Source: Eledone cirrhosa (taxonomy: Eukaryota). From it: a DNA stretch of 64,000 nt. The stretch is from positions 28,210,001 through 28,274,000 of the forward strand of contig OZ024749.1 in NCBI GenBank assembly GCA_964016885.1. The letters are read 5' to 3'. This document shows, one piece after another, positions 38,801-50,800 of the stretch; position 1 is the stretch's first letter; each line of letters begins with the position of its first letter. Below the pieces are notes generated by a model, which was given only the letters and a program-made list of their open reading frames with translations, had not been told where the DNA came from and made no database searches. Both the position numbers and the translations under genes were made by a program.

Positions 38801-41800
38801 GCACAAGACTCCCATCCTCCCCTGGACAGGATATCAGAGCTTATCTTAGTTCCATGTGGCATTAAGTGATTGAGAGCACAAGACTCCCATCCTCCCCTGG
38901 ACAGGATATCAGAGCTTATCTTAGTTCCATGTGGTGTTAAGTGACAGAGTACAAGACACTCATCCTCCTGTGGACCGGGTATCTTTCTTATTTAGAAAAA
39001 AAAAAAGTTTTAAGTATGTATAAAAATATTTATATTTCCCAGAAAATTAAAATTAAAATATAAATATGAATTAAAAATTGTTACCCATGAAGTATATTTC
39101 CACCATCACCACCAACAATCATAATAATAAAATAATTAAAAATAATAACGATAATAATAAAATAACAATAATTGTTTCTACTTTAGGCACAAGGCCAGCA
39201 ATTACCCAGTGCATTACTGGTACTTTATTTTATCGACCCGTAATAAAATAACAATAATGAATAATAATGATATTTCCCAGTATAGTTTTGGTAACATTAA
39301 GAGAAATCTTGTCTTCGTTTTATGAGAGGGTAAGGGCGGCGGATTGGCAGTAATCGGTAGAGCATTGCACAACATTCTTTGCGGCATAGAGGTACGGCTC
39401 TTTACCAAGGTTTGAAGAATTTTTGTTAAATACATAAGAGACTTCAAACCCCGCCCAGATTAACTTTGCCTTTAATCCTTAAGGGGTCAATAAAATAAAG
39501 CACCAGTAATGCACTGGGGTCGATTTAATTGACTTCTTTAGGCCTTGTGCTTAAATCAGAAACCATTATATGATGGGTTACTGAATAAGACTTTGCCCCT
39601 TTTCCTCTTGGGGTTAACGAAACAAAGTAACAATAAAGGGCAGGGAAGTGGTAGAATTGTTAGAGATTTGAGTGAGATGCCTGATGCTATTGGTTTTATC
39701 TTTCTGGCATTCTAAGATCAAATCCCAATGTGGATTACTTAAGTGGTAGATTTAATCTATTGCCTGGCTTACCACCACCACCACTTGGACATTAGCCTGC
39801 TTTTATCAGAGTCCTCTCTGTTGCAGGATTTATTGCCTGGCTTAACACCACCACTTGGTCTTTTGCTAGCTTTCATCAGACTTTGCTCTGTTGCAGGCAT
39901 TCAGGCAAAGTCTCTAATTTAATAATATCTTGCTCTGTCTCCCACCAATATCAGAAGCCTTGTAAATGAAAAGGCTCAAGGGCACTGCCCTTACTTTGCT
40001 CACTTCTTTGTTTTTTCCCCTGTAACTCCGGAGGGAGTCGTAAGGGTGCCATACTGACATACAACATTTCTAGGGCATTTTTAAACCCTGGCAGAGCCCA
40101 TCTCCTCTCCAGGTCTGAATACAGCAGATTTCTTCCAGAGAAGGATAGATAGTGAGATAATGGAAGGAAAGAAGAGATATAGAGGAAGAATTGATTCCAA
40201 TACTAGACTGGTACTTTTTTATCAACCTCGAAAGGATGAACGGGACAATTGACCTTGGCTGGATTTGAACTGAGAGAGCAGAGAGTTGGAACGAATACCA
40301 TATCGTATTCTATCAGACATTCTAACAACTTTGCCAATTCACTGCCTTCTCTCACTAAACAATAAACAAAAAAAAAAAAAAAAAACAAACACAAGATTCC
40401 TTTCTGTTACCAAGAAAAAAATAAAGGAAAAAAGTAAAAGTTTGTTAACTAATGCAATTTAGGGGCAACCCAAAAATATAATTGCTTAAGCCACAAAGGA
40501 AAGGGGAAGGAGCAAATATAGAAGTTTACAGGAACTTACAGAAGTTTGAACTCTCTGAGTGTCTCTCTCTCTGTCTGTGTGTGTCTGTGTCTGTGTCTGT
40601 GTGTCTCTGTGTGTCTGTGTCTGTGTGTGTGTGTCTGTGTCTGTGTCTGTGTGTGTCTGTGTGTCTGTGTCTGTGTGTGTGTCTGTGTGTGTGTGTGTGT
40701 GTTTCTCTACATATGTATGTATATGTATATATATATATCTAGATATGTGTGTGAGAGACAGATAAAGAAATAGAGAGAATGACAGAGAGAGGGGAGAAAG
40801 AAAGAGAGTGAGGTGTGGGGTGGGGTGGGGGGAAAGAAGACATTTCAACCAACCTGACTGACGATGCTTTCAAAATTTAAAAATAAAATAAATTATAATT
40901 AGTGTAAGGAATCATTTGTTTAATTAGGGAGAGAAAGGAATTGATTAATTCACTGGGGTTTAATTCCCTGCTGGCACCTCTGTCCCACTTTTTCTCCATC
41001 CCCAGGGATACTTGACCCAATTTTCTCAACTATTATGTAAATTATAATTATGGTATTTGCGTTGGGATGCACACATTTCATATTTCAAATTTCCCTAATT
41101 CTTCCTAAGTAAACCACTTTATAATCAGGTTCGTTAAGACAATCATAGAAATATTCCTTTTGACTTGTCTTTAGTATGATCAATCCCCATCATCGTTTAA
41201 CGTCCGTTTTCCCTGCTAGCAAGGTTGGATGGATCAGTACTCCAGTGGAGCTACTGACCTCCAGTGGAGCTACTGACCTCCAGTGGAGCTACTGACCTCC
41301 AGTGGAGCTACTGACCTCCAGTGGAGCTACTGACCTCCAGTGGAGCTACTGACCTCCAGTGGAGCTACTGACCTCCAGTGGAGCTACTGACCTCTAGTGG
41401 AGCTACTGACCTCCAGTGGAGCTACTGACCTCTAGTGGAGCTACTGACCTCCAGTGGAGCTACTGACCTCCAGTGGAGCTACTGACCTCCAGTGGAGCTA
41501 CTGACCTCCAGTGGAGCTACTGACCTCCAGTGGAGCTACTGACCTCCAGTGGAGCTACTGACCTCTAGTGGAGCTACTGACCTCTAGTGGAGCTACTGAC
41601 CTCTAGTGGAGCTACTGACCTCTAGTGGAGCTACTGACCTCTAGTGGAGCTACTGACCTCTAGTGGAGCTACTGACCTCCAGTGGAGCTACTGATCTCCA
41701 GTGGAGCTACTGATCTCCAGTGGAGCTTCTGACCTCCAGTGGAGCTACTGACCTCCAGTGGAGCTACTGACCTCTAGTGGAGCTACTGACCTCCAGTAGA

Positions 41801-44800
41801 GTTACTGACCTCCAGTGGAGCTACTGACCTCTCAGACAGGCCAGGGGTTTGCATATCACATACATTCTCATGTTCTACTCAGTGCATTTTATCGTGACAC
41901 CAGTATGACCACCTTACAAGGTAGATGGGCACTTTTTATCTTGGCACCAGCCCTATCACTTTGCAAGGTAGAATAGGTTTTTTTTTTCGTGGCACCAGCA
42001 CTACCGCCTTACATGGTGGACTTGGGGCTTTTTATTGTGGTACGAGCACTACCACTTTACAGGGTCGACTGGGGGCTTTTTATTGTGGTACTAGCACTAC
42101 CACTTTACAGGGTCGACTGGGGGCTTTTTATTTTGGCATCCACACTACAACCTTACAAGGTGGACTGGGTGCTTTTTATTGTGGTACTAGCACTACCACT
42201 TTACAGGGTCGACTGGAGGCTTTTTATTTTGGCATCCACACTACAACCTTACAAGGTGGACTGGGTGCTTTTTATCTCGGTACCCACACTACCACCTTAC
42301 AAGGTAGACTGGGGGCTTTTTATCTTGGCAATACACACACACACACACCCCCAATGAAATGTAACAAGCAAATTAATTTACTTACGAGGACAATTAATGA
42401 CTTTATTTAACTGGAACGGGAAGATGATGTCATGGTCATTATTACACAGTTCACAGATGAACCCAAAGCAAGGACAATGCTGTTAAATAGAAATAAACAA
42501 AATTAGTTTTAATTACCAATGACTATCTTTGTGAAAGAGGCAATAGTCATAGAGGGAGTGGTCAATAATGTGTCACATGACCAATATTGTCACCAATAAA
42601 ACAGTGTCAAAGGTCATGCGATTGTTATTGTAGGAATTATTCAAACATGGATCAGCCAGCCTCTCTATCAACAGGGATGAGCCAACCACTCTATAAACAT
42701 AGATCAGTTAGCTCATCTATAAACAGGGATTAGCCATTCCCTCTTTATTAACAGGGATCAGCCAGCCCCTTTATAAACAGGGATCAGCCAGCCCCACTAT
42801 AAACAGAGATTAGCCAATCCCTCTATATAAACAGGGATCAGTCAGCCTCCTTATAAACATGGATCTGTTGGGCCCCTTTTATGAACAGGGATCAGTCAGC
42901 CCTTCTATAAGCATGGATCAGTTGGCCCCTCTCTATAAACAGGGACCTTTCTCAGTTTTCACTATGAATATTCCAGCTGTTCAAACAATGGCATGGCCAA
43001 CTCCTTATAGTAAGGTGTAAGTGGCTGAGTATTCCACAGACATGCAGTATGTTGTATGGCTTCTGTGTGATTTAAAAACAAAAAATTGTATGAGGTTACT
43101 ACAACAAAATAAGTCTGGAAATTCTACAAAAGTTAATGTAAAGAATGATGTGCTCATGTGCAGAGATGCTATAAAATAGCTTATGAGTGAAGACCTTTAA
43201 AACACGGGAAAAGAAATTACCATTGGTTGCTATGAAAAATTGAACCCCTTATCTTCGAAATAGCTGGTATCTGGAAGATATGGGGTTCAATTCCTCATAG
43301 CAACCAATGGCAATTTCTTTTTCCATATTTTAAGCATCTTCACTCTATTTTATAACAACCCTGCACATGAGCACACCATTCTTTACATTAACTATATATA
43401 TTCTCACTGCTTAAATACTGAGAGATCAGCTAAGTACCTTCAATATTGGTTCAATAAATAACTTACCTCACATTCTTTTACATGGTTGATGCCATTTGTT
43501 ACAAACTTCTTCAGATTTGGTAATAACTCACCATTTTTAACCTGAAGTCAAAGAACAGTTTATATTTTAAACACGCTGACCAAATTTATAGAACTACATC
43601 ATCTACTGACCTGAGAAGACCACCCTAGTTCTACGATAAAAATCTATTTGTTTTAAAAATGTTTATATTTATCTAAAAATATTCCATCATAATTTTATGT
43701 AAGAACATTTAAGTTATGTTCTAAACACCAGCCTAATAATTGTTTCTACTTTTGGCACAAGGCCAGCAATTACCCAGTACATTACTGGTACTTTATTTTA
43801 TCGATACTGCCAATTCACCAGCCTAATAACAAGAAAGTTTTATTACTAAATCATTCAAAATTCTTCATTATTTGGAAAATTATTTGAAAATCATAACCAG
43901 TGTCTTTCATTCGGAATATTTTAATGAAAGGGTTAATGACATAGGCAGTGTCTTTCATTAGGAATATTTTAATGAAAGGGTTAATGACATAGGCGGTGTC
44001 TTTCATTAGGAATATTTTAATGAAAGGGTTAATGACATAGGCAGTGTCTTTCATTAAAAATATTGTGATGAAAGGGTTAATGACATAGGCAGTGTCTTTC
44101 ATTAGGAATATTTTAATGAAAGGGTTAATGACATAGGCAGTGTCTTTCATTAGGAATATTTTAATGAAAGGGTTAATGACATAGGCAGTGTCTTTCATTA
44201 AAAATATTGTGTTGAAAGGGTTAATGACATAGGTAATGTCTTTCATTAGAAATATGACAATATAAGGGTTAAAGAGATAGGCTGTGTCTTTCATTAGAAA
44301 TATGGTAATGAAAGTTGCTTAAATCTAACAGTAAAATCTCAAATCAGAAAGAATATCTAACACAAGGTATCAAACCTTAAGTTTAGCTTACTGAAGAAAC
44401 CCCTTAAACAGGCAAGAAAAGAGACTGAGTTTAACAAATTATAGAGTGTAAGGGGGTAAGAAGAGATTACCAAGATATAGTTCTAACAAAAATCAGTTTA
44501 ACCTGTTGACTGCTGCGTATATTTTATACAGCTACAGTTACTGTGCCATTTTATTTTGTTTTGTTTTTTCAGTAAAATGACTATTTTTTTAAGCAAACAT
44601 ATCTGAATAACTGACAACCGTCACATCAATAAACTAGTAATCCCATCTAGCTTTGAAGTTATGAACTATTGGAAAAGTGTTCAAACATGTTAGGACAAGT
44701 TATCTCGTCTGTGACACTGGAATGCATACATGTTAGGATGAATTATCTTGTTTATGACACTGAAGAGGTTAACTGTCATTTAGCATTCGATTTTTGATGG

Positions 44801-47800
44801 AATGGTTTGAAGGGTTATCAAAGACCAAGTCAAGACTTAATCAGAGATGCTTCCCTCTTAGACAAGTGTCAGACAAGTGGAAATCCACATAATGTTTACA
44901 AACATTCCAGGTTTTTAGGCATGGTTTTTACAGTTAGATGCCGTCCCTATCAGTAAAAACACTTTGTAGAGCAGAGCGAGATGAGTAATTTTTGTGGCAC
45001 TGGTCCTTAAGAGAAGTATTTGGTTAAACTACAAAGACAGGTGTGTATATTCTTACCAAAAGTAGGTCAGCAATGGAATATGTGTGAATCTCTCGAAATA
45101 GGTGACCAGATAAATTCTCAATTGCTGGATAGATACTGGAATAAAAAAACCAAAATGGAATTATTTTGCATTTACTTTAATATTTCATCATTTCTTTTCA
45201 TAATTATATTTTGTCACACCAGGTGTATCATCATTTTTACACCTGTTGTTCCATACTTACACTAGTCAGGTACTCCATGATTAATATAAAGCCTATCATA
45301 AGGTCCAGAAAGCTAAACCTTACTTTATCAGGGAAAAGGGCCCTCAAACACATTGCTGTTATGGTAACTATCAAAAGGTGAATTGCGAGAGAGAGAAAAA
45401 GAGATAGAGATACTACCACCACCACACCACACCACTACCATCACCACTCACCTTATACTGGCATGTCTGCAGATTTTCATGAGTACTGCCAGATGTATCA
45501 ACTGTTGGCGGTATTGTTTAATGTTCTCTAGAACCTTCACTCTGCGATATAAGGCTGGGTTGATGTCTTCAATATTGAAGAAGGGCTCATGGAAAATCTT
45601 GTTTAAAAGATCCGAAGAATATTTGGAGACGTAGTATTTAGTGAAATCCCATTTCTGTAGAATCCTGGCCGGAATATATGAAGTGGCGTTTGTATGGCAA
45701 CATTGGCAGAAATACTTGCCAAGATATTCACAGTAACGAAACCGCTTCATATAGGCTAGAAGGAAATGAGAGACATTATATGTTGTGTTTTATATAGCTT
45801 AAGAACAAACAGTATATATATATATATATATATATGATATGATGTTTCATATAGCCTAGGAACAAACAATATATATATATATATATATGATATGATGCAC
45901 TTTATATAGTTTAAGAACAATATATATATGTAAAAGGTAAACAAAAATAACACAATCGGTACAGTATATGGAAGGAATATATTAGGTTAACGCTTGAAAT
46001 AGCAGGAAAAGGGTCTCAATCTTTTGGACACTAGTCCTTCATCAGAAGCAAGAATAAGAAATTAGAAAGATTGAAGGGATGGGTGGGGTGGAATTGGAAA
46101 AAATGTTTTTAGAGAAAAATAACAGTTCCAACCATGTTGCCATCGCTTAGAAAACTGTTGATGCTGGCGTTTTGAGTATATATGTGTTTTATATAGCTTA
46201 AGAATAAACAGTATATATATATATATGATATTTTATATAACCTAGAAACAAACAATATATATATATATGATATAATATTTTTACATAGCCTTGGAACAAA
46301 CAATATATATATACATATGATATGATGTGTTTTATTTAGCTTAAGAACAAACAATATATATGATATATTTTAGATAGCTTAAGAACAAAAAATATTAATA
46401 TATATGATATAATATGATGTGTTTTATATAGCCTAGAAACAAACAATATATATATGATATAATTGTTTCTACTTTTGGCACAATGCCAGAAATTACCCAG
46501 TGTATTACTGGTACTTTATTTTATATATATGATATAATATGATGTTTTTATATAGCCTAATGACATAGGCAATGTCTTTCATTAGAATATGGTAATGAAA
46601 GAGTTAATAAATGAGAATCTGTAATGAAGGTGTTGTGGTATACTGGAAATCTTTAGGTTGATAATGAACTGAATAATATAAAATTGCTATAAGATGGCAG
46701 CACTGTAGGATAGAGAAGAGGAATTCTATAGAAAATCTTACCAGGTTCTACACGTGTTCCACAGCCGGCACATCGGTAGTTCTGTTTTGGAATTACCACA
46801 TTCCGCCTGGAACGACATGAAAACATTCACAAGAGTTAAGAAAAAAAAAAACATTGAATAAACACAAATAGATTTAACCCTTTAATATTTACATTACTCT
46901 ATATTTACTATTGTATTTTCGTGGTAAAGGCTTTATCTTACATAATATTGAATCTATGAGATTTTGATGTTAATTATGTTGAGAACAATGCCTTAACATC
47001 AGTATGAGCAGCCAGTTACAGCCAATTTAAACAGAAAGAGGTGAGAGAATTCTGGCCAGATACAGCCGGTTTAAATGCTAAAGAGTTAAGGAATACATTA
47101 ACTCTTAAAGTCTTGTACTATATGAAACCACATTAGCAAGACAGCTTTAACTCAACGTCCTGTACCACAAGAAACTGCAATAACAAGATGTACTTGGTAA
47201 GTACAAAACAACACTATGATTGTATCATGTTAAACATTAAAGTCTTTACTACTTCACTGCAAATTTTCACAATGATCTGTCCACAAGTAAAGGTACTATA
47301 AACATTAGAATTAACAATCCACATGAAATCACATTAGCAAAACATTCTCGAAAAGTACAAAGCAGCACTATGGCTGCATCATATTAAAAATTAAAGGTTT
47401 TAGTTTGCTGCAAATTTTCACCACAATCTGTTCACAAATAAAGATGTTATAAATATTTGAATTAACATATTTGTTTTTAGATATTTTCTGTTAATAAATC
47501 ATTACAAGATGTTAAGAGTTAAAGGAGATGTTTTGTAGAGTTTCAAGAGACAAAATTACTTACTTAGTTACAGTATGAATACTGAAAATTATCTGAAAGC
47601 GTGGCGGAGCCCATTCTAAATTGCCTCGTAGCCTCGTCTGAAAGAGAAACAAAGTTAATTAGAACATCATCATCATCAATTTACATCTGTTTTCTATACT
47701 AACATGGATTAAGTGGTTTGTCACAATGTGCCTTCTTATCTAGAGTTTCTGCCTTGGAAAATAGGCGGCAAATTGGCAGAGTCAACAGAACAATGGATAG

Positions 47801-50800
47801 AATGCTTTGTAGTATTCGTTTCAGCTCTCTGAGTTCAAATCCTGCCGAGGTCAACTTTGCCTTTCATCCATTTGAGATCAATAAAAAAAAAGTACCAGTC
47901 TAATACTGGAGTTGATTTTGTCTTTATATCTCTTTCTCACTTCCATTCTCTCACTCATTCTAACTTTCTCTGGAAGAAATCTGCTGCATTTAGATCTGAA
48001 GAGGAGATGGGGTCTGCCAGGTTTTTAAAAAAATGTTCTAGAAACACCATATGTCAATACAATGCCCCTAGGACACCCGTGAATTACGGGACCATGCATG
48101 CTTGCATGCATTTAAAATTTCTGCTCCTCCACATGAGTTTGATCACCAATTCTCACTTATAACGTTATGACAAACCACAGAAGTCTTGGAATGGCAACAG
48201 TGAACTTACTCGGTTCCGTAAATCTGTGTATTCATCGTCTGGAGAGACAGGATAAGAATTTGGTAATGGAAGTAACTATAAGAGAAAAAAAAGGGAAGAT
48301 TTCATTTAGAATAGGTTTCATTCCACAAAACAAGAGTGGACAGAAAATTCCCTGAAAGTCAATATAATATAATAAAATTATTGCTATAAAAAAAGCCATC
48401 TTAATGTTATTTATTTGAAACCTCATTAGCAAAACATTCTTAATAAATACGGAACAGTACTATGACTGATTCTCATGATTGTATCATAGTAAAAATTGAA
48501 GTCTTTACTCTAATATTGAAAACTTTCACAATGACCTTTCCACAAATAAAGATACTATAAACATTTGAATTAACAAACCACATGAAACCACATTAATAAA
48601 ACATTCTTGAAAAGTACAAAACAGTACTACGACTGAATCATATTAAATATTAAAGTCTTTACTCTAATACTGCTGATTTTTCACAACAATCTGTCCACTA
48701 GTAAAGATACTATAAACATTTGAATTAATAAACCTGCTTTTAGAAAATTTCCTGATAAATCGCAACAGGATGTTAAGAGTTAAACATAATTTATCCCTCA
48801 CCTCCACAACTACACCTCTCCCTGAGAAATACCGCTTTAAAGAACTTACAGTTAAACAAGGCAATTTATCCCCTACCTCCACCATACATCTCCCCGAGAA
48901 ACACTGTTTTAAAGAGAGAACTTACAGTTAAACATAGCAATATATCTCCCCCCTCCACCTCTCCCTGAGAAATACTGCCTTAAAGAAAGAACTTACTGCT
49001 TGTGGAGCGTCCTTCTCTGAAACCATCCACTGCAAGTCGGAAGCTTTAGGAAGTTGCTTCTCGGAGAATTTTTTAAGAAGAGAGATAGCCACAGACTCTG
49101 CCGATACTTGGGGGCTGTTACTACTGTCAACTGTTGAACTAAAACTGGGAAAGAAAAATAGAAAAAATAGTTTATTCACGTAAACATTTAGAATGGAAAA
49201 AAAAATAGTAATTTATTTAAAATATTCTAAAAACAATAATAAAAATTTGTATTAATGAACACACACGCATAAATTTAACTATACATACATACACACACAG
49301 ATGAAGAGAAAAGTCTGTCCCGAGCCAGGAGACTCATCAGGTTGGTACTCATCCTGGCTTTTGTGGCACGAAGAGACAGAGTTCATGACTCCCCCGCTGG
49401 AAAAGATGCTCATCCATCACAGGGTTAAACCCTCATCTAGTGCTGGTACTCATTTTCAGTTGAGTATACTGGAGCAATGTGAAATGAAGTGTTTTGCTCA
49501 AGAACACAACACACAACCCAGTCCGATCCAGGAATTGAACAAATGACATTATGGTTGTAAGTCCAACATACTTACCTCTAGGCCACATGCCTCCACAAGA
49601 GAAAAGTAAAAAATAAAAATTAAAAGTGGTGTCAATGAATACACACACACATACACATACATATACACACATACCCATACATACACAAAACACACACACC
49701 TGAAGAGAAAGGTAATTAAAACAGATTTCTCACCTAGATTTTTCTGTATGTCTTTGAAATAAGTCGGCATCTGAAATGTTAAGAAATAATTTCTTAATTA
49801 CTGCAACAGTAATTAATCAGAGAGAGATGAAGAACTAGCAGCTGAAGGTGGGGTGGGTAATTAGTATTTAATTAAAGTACACAACACATCACTAACTACT
49901 ACTACTACATAGTACTGCTGCTATCACTACTACCACCACAATTACCACTACCACCACCACATACTACTACTACTAGTCATACTACTACAACACTGATCAG
50001 TGACTAGCAGTGGTGAATGATGGTGGTAGTGAGTGAGCTTGGTGATGATGAGCGAGATTAATCAAGTGATGGTGATAGATGATGAATGTGAGTGATGCGT
50101 GATGGCAATAATGATGATGCGTGATGGTAACGATGATGTGATGTTGATGATGAGTGAAAATGATCAAATGATAGTGTGTCGTAACCAGTAATCTTATACT
50201 ATACAAGAAGGTTGTGTGAAAGAATGAAAGAAAAAGAAAGATTTCTTACCTGAATATAAAGATGCCATTGAAAGGGACAAACCACTGTTTTTTAGTAGTG
50301 AACAGTTATCAGATCTATCAGTAACTGAAAGAGAAGAAAAACAATAAAAAAAACCCCAGACATTTACATCGACTTTAACCCTTTTGATATCAACCTGCCC
50401 AAAACTACCTTTTTTAACCCTTCTGATATCATCCTACCCAAAACCGAGATTTTTTTGGTGAAACAAAACATCCAATTTAAACCTTCCAACATGGGATCCA
50501 GCTGGATCAGTTAGAGATGGGTGCTTCTGACAGGACCCGCTGGAAGGAGTGTTAACCCTTTCATGAATAAGCAAGTGAAGAAGACCTTACAACATAATTT
50601 TATATCAGAACATTTTGTAATGTTACAAATGAAAGAATGATTTTAGTATGCCACTCCAAATTCTTCATTAATTAATTAAAACACAAAATAATTAGAAATA
50701 AAGTAATAAAAGGGTTGAAAATAAATATTTTTTCTATGATTGTGTGTATAGTTTACAATAGGTACACTGTATCCTTGTGTATATCTAGTTTACAATAGGT

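Noticed and set aside
41925-42410. [16 protein letters not shown] repeat ORF
   Set aside because: Tandem array of a SINE segment, antisense within a RUBCN intron
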